Positions 50,362 to 58,377 of a DNA stretch of 64,000 nucleotides are shown here, one piece after another. Numbering within the stretch: position 1 is the first letter of the stretch; the number at the start of each line of letters is the position of its first letter. Source of the DNA: Clostridiales bacterium (GTDB lineage Bacteria; Bacillota; Clostridia; Lachnospirales; Lachnospiraceae); contig JAAYPX010000077.1 in assembly GCA_012519565.1 (NCBI GenBank), positions 7,910 to 71,909 of the forward strand. The letters are read 5' to 3'. A program made the position numbers and the translations under genes. Below the pieces are notes generated by a model that ran no database searches, was not told where the DNA came from, and was given only the letters and a program-made list of their open reading frames with translations.

Positions 50362-51186
50362 CTATCTTCTAATCTTCTTTTCAAAAAGAGATAGTAGCTT
50401 ATAAAGTCCTGTAGCAACTGCGCATAATATTACAATACTTAACATAACCCAGTCTAATCGAAAAACTTGGCTGCCGTAAATAATTAGATAGCCAAGACCT
50501 GCTTTTGCCGCTAGGAATTCACCAATAATAACACCTACCAGTGAAAGCCCTATATTAACCTTCATTAGACTAATAATAGTAGGGATGTTAGATGGAATAA
50601 TAACTTTAAACAGTACATCTTTTTTACTACCTTTTAAAGTTCTAATTAACTTGATTTTATCTTCTTCCACAGATTGAAACTCTGAATATAAAGTTATAAT
50701 AGTGCCAAATACAGCAACGGATACGGCAGCAGTAATGATGGTCTTCATATTATTACCCAGCCAAACGATAAAAAGAGGAGCCAAAGCTGATTTAGGTAAG
50801 CTGTTTAGTACGATTAAATATGGCTCCAATACCTTTGATATATTCTCATTCCACCATAATATGATTGCTGTAATAATGCCTATAAAGTTAACGAGAAAAA
50901 AACTAGCTAGAGTTTCCAATAATGTAATACCGACGTGATAAAAAAGCTGCCCATTGGATGCCATCTCGATGAAAGTCCGTATTACTCCAGAAGGACTGGA
51001 AAATATAAAGGAGTCTACTATACCCAAGTAAGTTGTTAACTCCCAGATTGCTATAAAAGCAATTAAAATAACAACCTGATAGATTCTAATCTTTCTGTTT
51101 AGTAATATGTGTTTTCGGATGTAGGCTTGTTGAGCAGCAGAAGTTGTTAAGCCTGAGCTTATAAGCTTTTTATTCTTTCTGCTCAT
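50362..51186 (-). CDS. ABC importer permease (NitT/TauT-type)
   Basis: 274 aa with 6 TM segments and a binding-protein-dependent permease profile. The start overlaps the upstream ATPase gene by 17 nt. Confidence 0.8.
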   Translation of the reverse strand: MSRKNKKLISSGLTTSAAQQAYIRKHILLNRKIRIYQVVILIAFIAIWELTTYLGIVDSFIFSSPSGVIRTFIEMASNGQLFYHVGITLLETLASFFLVNFIGIITAIILWWNENISKVLEPYLIVLNSLPKSALAPLFIVWLGNNMKTIITAAVSVAVFGTIITLYSEFQSVEEDKIKLIRTLKGSKKDVLFKVIIPSNIPTIISLMKVNIGLSLVGVIIGEFLAAKAGLGYLIIYGSQVFRLDWVMLSIVILCAVATGLYKLLSLFEKKIRR

Positions 51187-51946
51187 TATGATCGAACTCC
51201 TTCCATATTAAATTAAAATAATCTTTAAATTCAGGGGCACTTCTTGATGTAAATGGAGTTCGATTTTCCAGTGATAGGTTAATATCGATTATATTTTTTA
51301 CTGTACCAGGGCGATTAGTTAAGATGATAACTCTATCTGCCATACTAATTGCTTCTGAAATGTCATGGGTTATAAGTATAGCTGTTTTCTTTTCCTTTCT
51401 GATAATTCCCCATATATCATCCGCAACTTCCAGCCTAGTTTGATAATCCAGGGCAGAAAATGGTTCATCTAGTAAAAGAATATCAGGTTCCAGTAAGAGG
51501 GTGCGGATTAGGGCCGCCCTTTGTCTCATTCCACCAGATAATTCTGAAGGGTAGGAATTCTTAAAAGTAATCAAACCATAGGTATCTAACATATCATTAA
51601 TTTGCAAGTAACTGTTATCGTTTAGCTTATTTTGGATTTCTAATCCTAGCGTAACATTTTTTAAAGTAGTTCTCCAATCAAGCAGATGATCTTTTTGCAA
51701 CATATATCCAATGTTCTTACCTGATGATTTGATATCTTTACCGTTTATATATATATATCCACTACTAGGAGTTAGCAAACCGGCAATAAGGGAAAGCAAG
51801 GTTGATTTACCACAACCACTGGGGCCTACCACTGCCACAAATTCACCTTCTTTGACCTCAAAGGAAACATCAAATAAGGCTAGGGTTTCCCCTTCCAGGC
51901 TGTGATAGGTATAACTTATATGATCAATTTTTAATAGTTCACCCAT
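51170..51946 (-). CDS. ABC importer ATP-binding protein (NitT/TauT-type)
   Basis: Walker A GPSGCGKST, signature LSGGMRQR, Walker B LLLDEPFSALD. GGAGGA RBS. Confidence 0.88.
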   Translation of the reverse strand: MGELLKIDHISYTYHSLEGETLALFDVSFEVKEGEFVAVVGPSGCGKSTLLSLIAGLLTPSSGYIYINGKDIKSSGKNIGYMLQKDHLLDWRTTLKNVTLGLEIQNKLNDNSYLQINDMLDTYGLITFKNSYPSELSGGMRQRAALIRTLLLEPDILLLDEPFSALDYQTRLEVADDIWGIIRKEKKTAILITHDISEAISMADRVIILTNRPGTVKNIIDINLSLENRTPFTSRSAPEFKDYFNLIWKEFDHNEQKE

Positions 51947-52207
51947 ATTAATCCTCCTATTTTGCTTATACAGTATTATATGAAGGGTAAAATGAGAAGT
52001 TCCATATGGGCTATGGATGAAATAATCATTTCACTTGCATAAACTTAAACAAACATAAGGCAATTATTATAGATAGATAAAAGGATATTTGCAGAAAGTA
52101 AATAATAATGCTAAAATATTAACATATCATAATGCTAACAATCTCTTGTTAACACCCAATGGAAAGCTTTGATTTCTAATATTATTAATAAATTTAGGAG
52201 AGATTAT

Positions 52208-53050
52208 ATGAATATTAAAATTACGTCAGACAGTACCTGCGATATATCATATGAACTATTGAAGGAATATAATATTGATATAATTCCATTGCATATTGAA
52301 AAAGGGGAAAAGAGTTTTCTAGATGGTATTGATATAATTCCCGAAGATATATTCAAACATGTCGATAGTGGTGGAGAAATATGCACCACTTCAGCAGTAA
52401 ATCCCGAGGAATATAAATTGTTTTTTGAGCAGTATACCGATAAATACGACGCAGTAATCCATATTAATATTGGCAGTGGATTTTCTAGCTGTAATAGGAA
52501 TGCTAATATAGGGGCAGAAGAGTTTGATAATGTATATATAGTAGATTCTAAGAATTTATCCACAGGACAGGGGCATGTGGTGATGGAAGCGGCCGTGAAA
52601 GCCCAAGAAGGTTATACCTGTGATAAAATATTAGAACATCTAACTAATATTATTCCCAAAATACGGGCAAGCTTTTTACTTGATAGATTGGATTATATGG
52701 CCAAGGGAGGGCGTTGCTCCTCCATAGTATCCCTAGGTGCTAATTTGCTGAAACTAAAACCCTGCATCGAAGTAATAGATGGGAAGATGAAAGTAGGTAA
52801 AAAGTATCGTGGTTCCCTACAAAAATGTCTGTTGCAATATGTTCAAGACAAGCTGGAGAATACAGATAATATAAGATCCCATAGGATTTTCCTTACTTAT
52901 TCATCCATAGATACTGAAATATTAGAAGCCGTTAAAGGAGCAATCAAGGAGAAATCTTACTTTAAGAATTTATATGAAACCAAAGCAGGTTGTACGATTT
53001 CTAGCCATTGTGGTCAGAATACATTAGGTGTTTTATTTATTGAAAAATAA
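52208..53050 (+). CDS. DegV family fatty-acid-binding protein (paralogue 3)
   Basis: MNIKITSDSTCDIS N-terminus. ATG 52208 follows AGGAGAG. The track ORF opens at 52169. Confidence 0.85.
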   Translation: MNIKITSDSTCDISYELLKEYNIDIIPLHIEKGEKSFLDGIDIIPEDIFKHVDSGGEICTTSAVNPEEYKLFFEQYTDKYDAVIHINIGSGFSSCNRNANIGAEEFDNVYIVDSKNLSTGQGHVVMEAAVKAQEGYTCDKILEHLTNIIPKIRASFLLDRLDYMAKGGRCSSIVSLGANLLKLKPCIEVIDGKMKVGKKYRGSLQKCLLQYVQDKLENTDNIRSHRIFLTYSSIDTEILEAVKGAIKEKSYFKNLYETKAGCTISSHCGQNTLGVLFIEK

Positions 53051-53083
53051 ATGGGTTCAAAAGCATAAGGAGATGAAGGAAGT

Positions 53084-53629
53084 ATGAGAATTTTAAAAGA
53101 TGATACAATAGCATTAATAATTGACATTCAAGAAAAATTGGCACCAGTAATCTATCAGTCAGAGCAGATTGTGCATAACACTTCTATACTGATCAGGGGA
53201 TTAAATGCACTGGAAGTGCCTATGATAGTAACCCATCAATATACTAAAGGATTGGGTATGACAGTTCCTCAAATAAGAGAAGTATTTGGTGATAAGTTCA
53301 CATATAGTGATAAATCTGCTTTTAGTTGTATGGATGATGATAATATTAGAAAACTAATAGAGGATTCTGGTAAAAAGAATGTCTTATTATGTGGTATGGA
53401 AGCTCATATATGTGTTTTACAGACCGCAATAGATCTAAAAGAAAAAGGCTATAATGTATATTTGGTTCAGGATTGTATTGGTTCCAGGAGAGAATATGAT
53501 ATGACTGTTGCATTGCAGAGGGCAATTTCTGAAGGTATTGGACTTACAACCTACGAGTCAATTCTCTTTGAATTAACCAGAGTGTCTGGTACTGAAACAT
53601 TTAAAACCATATCAAAGTTAATAAAATAG
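53084..53629 (+). CDS. isochorismatase-family cysteine hydrolase
   Basis: 181 aa. LIIDIQEK and LLCGMEAHICVLQTA (catalytic Cys context). Confidence 0.8.
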   Translation: MRILKDDTIALIIDIQEKLAPVIYQSEQIVHNTSILIRGLNALEVPMIVTHQYTKGLGMTVPQIREVFGDKFTYSDKSAFSCMDDDNIRKLIEDSGKKNVLLCGMEAHICVLQTAIDLKEKGYNVYLVQDCIGSRREYDMTVALQRAISEGIGLTTYESILFELTRVSGTETFKTISKLIK

Positions 53630-53835
53630 ATAAATAAAGCTAAATAGCATAAATATAATATAGTTGGTAAAATGGCATAAATAAAGTTAGATAAATAGGT
53701 TATATTAAAATTAAGTAATACTTAATATATAAGTTGATTAGTATTATGAAAGTAATAGATATTATTAGTATCCTCCTAGATACTTTTAATATCTATTTTT
53801 TTTATTATTTTTAAAAAAATTTAAGCCGTAAGTTC

Positions 53836-53849
53836 GGAACAAATGTTTG
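53836..53849. promoter_or_regulatory. LexA (SOS / Cheo-type) box 1
   Basis: GGAACAAATGTTTG fits GAAC-N4-GTT(C/T). It lies just upstream of the -35 element. Confidence 0.6.
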
Positions 53850-53857
53850 TTTTTTCC

Positions 53858-53886
53858 TTGACTATTATAGTGGTCTTTGCTACAAT
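53858..53886 (+). promoter_or_regulatory. sigma-A promoter of the radical SAM / DUF4130 operon
   Basis: TTGACT (53858-53863), a 17-nt spacer, then TACAAT (53881-53886). Confidence 0.65.
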
Positions 53887-53894
53887 CTAAGAAA

Positions 53895-53908
53895 AGAACA
53901 AATGTTTG
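53895..53908. promoter_or_regulatory. LexA (SOS / Cheo-type) box 2
   Basis: AGAACAAATGTTTG has a core identical to box 1. It lies just downstream of the -10 box, around the expected transcription start. Confidence 0.6.
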
Positions 53909-53927
53909 AATTGTAGGAGTATATGGT

Positions 53928-55409
53928 ATGGTAATACAGGAGAATATGTCACTCCAAAAGAAGTTAGAGATTTTGTCAGATGCTGCCAAGTATGATGTGG
54001 CTTGTACCTCCAGTGGGGTGGATAGGAAGGGAAATTCTAAAGGTATGGGGAATAGTGTTGCCTGTGGTATATGCCATACTTTTTCAGCCGATGGAAGATG
54101 TATATCCCTCTTAAAGATATTGTTTACCAATGAATGTATCTTTGACTGCAAGTATTGTATTAATCGCTCCTCCAATGATGTAGTACGGGCAACTTTTACA
54201 CCTGAGGAAGTTTGTGAACTAACCATGGAGTTTTATAGACGCAATTATATTGAGGGGCTCTTCTTAAGTTCGGGTATAATAAAGAGTCCTAATCATACCA
54301 TGGAATTGATATTGCAGACAATGATTTTGCTTAGGGATGTTCATCACTTTAATGGTTATATACATTGCAAGGGAATTCCAGGATGTGATCCTGCATTAAT
54401 TGAGATGCTGGGATGGTATACAGATCGTATGAGTATAAATCTGGAATTACCCACAGCGGAAGGATTAAAAAATTTAGCTCCCCATAAAAATAGAAAAAAC
54501 ATTTTAAAACCTATTAGGCAAATCCAGCTACAAAGAAATAACAATCGGGAATATCTTGGTTTACAGGAAGGGAATTCTATAAAGAGAATTCACCATTTGC
54601 AAGATAATTCCTTAGCTTATACCAATAGTCAACATTTACAGGAGAATAGGGAGTTTAATGATATTATAGTTTCCCATAATAAGGTTGCAAATTTCTATCA
54701 ATCTACACCAAAGCGTAGATTTGTTCCGGCAGGACAAAGTACGCAGATGATTATTGGCGCTACTAAGGAAAGCGATTATCAGATATTATCGGTGGCGGAA
54801 GCCTTATACCAGAAATTCGATTTAAAAAGAGTATTCTATTCAGCTTTTATAAATGTTAATCAAGATAGTTGCCTACCAGTGGTAGCAGATGGTCCGCCTT
54901 TACTTAGGGAGCATCGTCTATACCAGGCTGATTGGCTTTTACGTTTTTATGGTTTTAGAGCATCTGAACTCTTGGATGAGAATAATCCAAACTTCAATGC
55001 CCTGCTAGATCCTAAATGTAATTGGGCATTGAGACATTTGGAATTATTTCCTATTGAAGTTAATAAAGCGGATTACTATACCCTGTTGCGGGTTCCTGGT
55101 ATAGGAGTAAACTCAGCTAAAAGAATAATTAAAGCCAGAAAGACTGCTATGCTGGACTTCCCTGATCTAAAGAAAATGGGTATAGTTTTAAAAAGAGCCC
55201 TATACTTCATAACCTGCAAGGGTAAAATGATGTATCCCATTAAGCTGAATGAAGATTATATCACAAGAGAGTTATTAGGGCTTAAGGAAAAGCTACCTCC
55301 AGAAATAGGGCATGATATTAGCTATAAGCAATTATCACTTTTTGATGATGTAAAATATGGTTTTATAAATCAGGTTACCAATTCCCTAGGGAGTATAGTC
55401 AAGATATAG
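53928..55409 (+). CDS. putative DNA modification/repair radical SAM protein
   Basis: 493 aa. The N-terminus LEILSDAAKYDVACTSSG and the CIFDCKYC (Cx3Cx2C) cluster motif, plus a C-terminal helix-hairpin-helix-like LLRVPGIGVNSAKRI. AGGAG lies 8 nt upstream. Confidence 0.8.
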   Translation: MVIQENMSLQKKLEILSDAAKYDVACTSSGVDRKGNSKGMGNSVACGICHTFSADGRCISLLKILFTNECIFDCKYCINRSSNDVVRATFTPEEVCELTMEFYRRNYIEGLFLSSGIIKSPNHTMELILQTMILLRDVHHFNGYIHCKGIPGCDPALIEMLGWYTDRMSINLELPTAEGLKNLAPHKNRKNILKPIRQIQLQRNNNREYLGLQEGNSIKRIHHLQDNSLAYTNSQHLQENREFNDIIVSHNKVANFYQSTPKRRFVPAGQSTQMIIGATKESDYQILSVAEALYQKFDLKRVFYSAFINVNQDSCLPVVADGPPLLREHRLYQADWLLRFYGFRASELLDENNPNFNALLDPKCNWALRHLELFPIEVNKADYYTLLRVPGIGVNSAKRIIKARKTAMLDFPDLKKMGIVLKRALYFITCKGKMMYPIKLNEDYITRELLGLKEKLPPEIGHDISYKQLSLFDDVKYGFINQVTNSLGSIVKI

Positions 55410-55421
55410 GGGGACTTATTA

Positions 55422-56201
55422 ATGAATATAAAAATTTTTGTATGTGATAATAGCATAGAGGGAATATTTACTGCAATATATCAAGCTTGGAGCTCGGGGA
55501 ATGGACATGCCAATAATAAAATCCAAGAGCAAGGTGATGCTAATCAATATACTACTATGGAATTGTTTGCTGAGTATATAACTGTAGAAACGAATATGGA
55601 ACTGGTAAACAAGGTGGCTCAATCAGTCAAAAATAAGATATCAGAGGAAGTTTATCACATGATTAGTAATGTGGCATTATCCAATTATCAAGGTAAGGCT
55701 GATTTAATCTACCGTTTTATGATATTAGGATTTGCTATGGGTAATAAGGTTATAGATGACTTAAGCAATGATGTGGTCAATAAAATATTTAAGATATCCC
55801 GTAATGTGAGCAATGAAGCACACCATATGATGGGTTTTTTAAGATTTTCTGAATATGAGAGAGGGTTATTAGTTTCAGTGATACACCCAAAGAATAACAT
55901 TATTAGCTTGATTACCCCCCATTTTGTAGATCGGCTACCTGATGAAAAATTTATAATATATGATGAGACTAGGGGTCTGGCAGTTATACATTTACCTAAT
56001 AAGTCAGCCTTTCTCATACATATTGATGATAATAATATGATAAGAGATAGTTTTAAGATAAAATCCGATATGGAAGATGAGTATAAGCAACTTTGGAACA
56101 GTTTTTTTAATAGTATAGCAATAAAAGAGCGGCTTAATCCAAAATTACAGAGAAATTTACTGCCCTTAAGATATAGAAAGGATATGACAGAATTCCTTTG
56201 A
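55422..56201 (+). CDS. DUF4130 / TIGR03915-type putative DNA repair protein (partner of the radical SAM protein)
   Basis: 259 aa. The N-terminus IFVCDNSIEGIFTAIYQAW and MGFLRFSE resemble this family. Starts 12 nt after the radical SAM gene. Confidence 0.7.
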   Translation: MNIKIFVCDNSIEGIFTAIYQAWSSGNGHANNKIQEQGDANQYTTMELFAEYITVETNMELVNKVAQSVKNKISEEVYHMISNVALSNYQGKADLIYRFMILGFAMGNKVIDDLSNDVVNKIFKISRNVSNEAHHMMGFLRFSEYERGLLVSVIHPKNNIISLITPHFVDRLPDEKFIIYDETRGLAVIHLPNKSAFLIHIDDNNMIRDSFKIKSDMEDEYKQLWNSFFNSIAIKERLNPKLQRNLLPLRYRKDMTEFL

Positions 56202-56314
56202 TTAATGTAAAAAATAATGAGAAAAATAGGATATTATTTTTGTTTACGTATATATTATATTTTCAGTGGGATACTAAGCAGGTAAACTGAAATATTAATA
56301 TAGGAGGAGAAACG

Positions 56315-56638
56315 ATGAGGAAATTCTGCATTTTCTTAGCCATATGTTGTTTGGCAGTATTTGCTTTTTCAGCTTGTACCGCTGATGATGGAAAGAATAA
56401 TTCAGCTACAGAAGATAATAATACTAATAATGGCGGGACAAATAACGGCACTAACAATGGTGGTACAACTGGTGGTACTAATAATAACGGCACAAATAAT
56501 GGTACTAACAATGGCGGCACAAATAGTGGTACTAATAATGGCGGAACAACCGGTGGTACCAACAACGGCGGAACAAATGGCGGAGCAAATACCAATGGCG
56601 CTGCTGATATAAGCCCCACGATAACAACAAACCCCTAG
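56315..56638 (+). CDS. small lipoprotein with Asn/Gly/Thr low-complexity repeats
   Basis: GGAGGAG RBS, signal peptide with lipobox AFSAC, then (T)NNGGT / NNGT repeats over about 65 residues. Confidence 0.7.
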   Translation: MRKFCIFLAICCLAVFAFSACTADDGKNNSATEDNNTNNGGTNNGTNNGGTTGGTNNNGTNNGTNNGGTNSGTNNGGTTGGTNNGGTNGGANTNGAADISPTITTNP

Positions 56639-56657
56639 ATTATATATTTAATTAGAC

Positions 56658-56690
56658 GGACAGTATATCAAAGTACTGTCCTCTTTTGTT
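56658..56690 (+). terminator. rho-independent terminator
   Basis: GGACAGTA-TATCAAAG-TACTGTCC followed by TCTTTTGTTT. Confidence 0.75.
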
Positions 56691-56694
56691 TGGC

Positions 56695-56728
56695 AGATTT
56701 AAGTATTCAAGAGATTTAAGTATTCAAG
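56695..56728. repeat. perfect 17-bp tandem duplication
   Basis: AGATTTAAGTATTCAAG occurs twice back to back. Confidence 0.9.
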
Positions 56729-56793
56729 ATAAGATATATTAGATTGTCATAACTTATTGCAATGAAAAAAAGAGGATATAATTTATACATCCT

Positions 56794-57234
56794 CTATTCT
56801 CGGGTTAGTACTTTTTCGAAGAATAATCCTGCTAAGAACCATGCCGGTGCATAATCTAACCTAATTACCCCTTTATAATTATATTTAGCTTTACTATAAT
56901 CCCAAGGACATGCTCCATGTCTCTTTAAAAATATGCCAAAGAAATACTCAGCTAGAAATATTAATACAGCATAAACACCTCCTCTAACTAGAGTGCATCT
57001 GTTTTTCAATTTTGAACATATAGGATTAAGGCAAGCGGCCATTCCATAGATTGGAAACATCCAAACCGATGTACGGTAAAGTAGGGTTTTATCTTTCCGT
57101 TTACGTATTGCATCTATGCCAGTCCATAAACATTCCATACACCAGCCACAGAAGCCACATATAATAAAATCTGTTATAAAGTGTTTTTTCATGAAGTTAG
57201 TATTAGCAATTAAGATATTCCTATTCATAAGCAA
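56794..57234 (-). CDS. small polytopic membrane protein (CmpB / DUF1113-like, so-called putative ABC-transporter type IV)
   Basis: FIICGFCGWCMECLWTG...MFPIYG...PWDYS pattern. The start codon is uncertain because no clear RBS is present. Confidence 0.55.
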   Translation of the reverse strand: MLMNRNILIANTNFMKKHFITDFIICGFCGWCMECLWTGIDAIRKRKDKTLLYRTSVWMFPIYGMAACLNPICSKLKNRCTLVRGGVYAVLIFLAEYFFGIFLKRHGACPWDYSKAKYNYKGVIRLDYAPAWFLAGLFFEKVLTRE

Positions 57235-57295
57235 TGGGTTAATGTTATAATATTGGGAAACAAGCAGATGAATAATATAATTAAAGTGATTAAAA

Positions 57296-57349
57296 TATAA
57301 AAAAGATAAAAACGTATAAAGATAAAAACCTATAAAGATAGAAAATAAG
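57296..57349. repeat. three degenerate A-rich direct repeats in the divergent intergenic region
   Basis: TATAAAAAAGATAAAAACG / TATAAAGATAAAAACC / TATAAAGATAGAAAATAAG. Confidence 0.7.
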
Positions 57350-57398
57350 AATATATAATTTAATTAACTAAATACTAATGATAGCGAAAGGATAATTC

Positions 57399-57899
57399 AT
57401 GATGGAAATAGAAAGTAAATATAAAATTAAGACTTTGCCTGTAGATTTAAACGATTATCAGCATAAAAAAATTGAACAGGGTTATCTGTGTAATGATCCA
57501 ATAATCCGTATCCGAAGAAGTAATGAAGACTATTATTTGACTTATAAATCTAAGATTAATAGGGAAGAAAGGCAAAGTAATTTAATTGTAAATCATGAGG
57601 TTGAATTACCCTTAACAGCAGAGGCATATATGAAGCTCAAGGAAAAAGTAGAGGGCAATATGATTTACAAAACCAGGTATAATATACCTTTGGAAGATGG
57701 ACTGATGATAGAATTAGATATTTTTGAAGGTCATTTGAAAGGATTAATCTTTGCTGAGGTTGAATTTCCTGATGAGGAAACAGCTTCTGCATTTTATCCC
57801 CCAGAATGGTTTGATACAAATGTTTCATGGGATAATCGTTATACTAATTATTATTTGTCATTGATATCTGCAACTGAATTACAGGAATTGTTATCGTAG
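57399..57899 (+). CDS. CYTH domain protein (triphosphate tunnel metalloenzyme)
   Basis: The N-terminal EIESKYKI (ExExK signature) and EVEF near the C-terminus are typical of CYTH. Confidence 0.8.
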   Translation: MMEIESKYKIKTLPVDLNDYQHKKIEQGYLCNDPIIRIRRSNEDYYLTYKSKINREERQSNLIVNHEVELPLTAEAYMKLKEKVEGNMIYKTRYNIPLEDGLMIELDIFEGHLKGLIFAEVEFPDEETASAFYPPEWFDTNVSWDNRYTNYYLSLISATELQELLS

Positions 57900-58063
57900 A
57901 AGGGATTTATAAGAAGTTATATTCAGCTATTATCTATCTATAAGCCAGATAATATTGGTATCTTATATGCAGAGAATTAAAAATTATAAATGGGGTTAAC
58001 ATATATATAGCATATAACTCTGTAGTTATGATTCTGTACCATAGAAAGGAGGCTTGACATACT

Positions 58064-58198
58064 GTGCCAAAAGATAGTCAGCCCGATAATAAAAGAGCAA
58101 GAATGGAAAAAGCTAAGGGACAGACACCAATTACCCGCGAAAATATGCAAAAGAATAAAAATGCCAAAAGAAAGTCTATAAGAAACAATGATGTATAG
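58064..58198 (+). CDS. small basic protein (44 aa), not in the ORF track
   Basis: GTG 58064 lies 11 nt after AAGGAGG. Encodes VPKDSQPDNKRARMEKAKGQTPITRENMQKNKNAKRKSIRNNDV, ending at TAG 58196-58198. Confidence 0.45.
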   Translation: MPKDSQPDNKRARMEKAKGQTPITRENMQKNKNAKRKSIRNNDV

Positions 58199-58212
58199 AT
58201 AGGAGGTAAAGG

Positions 58213-58377
58213 ATGGCTAAAGCAGGAATGAGAAGACCGGATCCAAGGGAACCCCATGGAACAGAAGGAAAACATAGAATGAATATTCCAAGAAACGATT
58301 ATCCTCCAGTCCCTGAAATACAAGGTAAAGCAAAAAGTGGCAAGAAAAAAGCAAATCCTTTAACTGAACCGAAATGA
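58213..58377 (+). CDS. small basic protein (54 aa), not in the ORF track
   Basis: ATG 58213 lies 6 nt after AGGAGG. Encodes MAKAGMRRPDPREPHGTEGKHRMNIPRNDYPPVPEIQGKAKSGKKKANPLTEPK. Its TGA overlaps the ATG of the HD gene (ATGA). Confidence 0.6.
   Translation: MAKAGMRRPDPREPHGTEGKHRMNIPRNDYPPVPEIQGKAKSGKKKANPLTEPK

Noticed and set aside
51947-52168. A TPP or other riboswitch upstream of the binding-protein-less ABC importer.
   Set aside because: I could not find the conserved CUGAGA / ACCUGAUCUGGAUAAUGCCAGCG-type elements, or any other riboswitch core I recognise, on the minus strand. An Rfam scan would be needed for certainty.
5674-55925. Many 60-150 aa antisense or alternate-frame ORFs in the supplied track. 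Examples: 5674-5925, 8284-8616, 8803-9081, 18416-18751, 29782-30225, 30420-30842, 39624-39983, 47152-47454, 52204-52563, 53786-54226 and 55709-56017.
   Set aside because: Each lies wholly inside, and opposite or out of frame to, a CDS with strong family motifs. They lack a Shine-Dalgarno sequence and have odd composition. They are the usual shadow ORFs of AT-rich genomes.
56263-56619. A Pro/Val/Leu-rich 118-aa minus-strand ORF and an 83-aa plus-strand alternate-frame ORF, both over the repeat lipoprotein gene.
   Set aside because: Both are frame artefacts of the same DNA repeats. Only the 56315 frame has a strong RBS (GGAGGAG), a signal peptide with lipobox and a downstream terminator.
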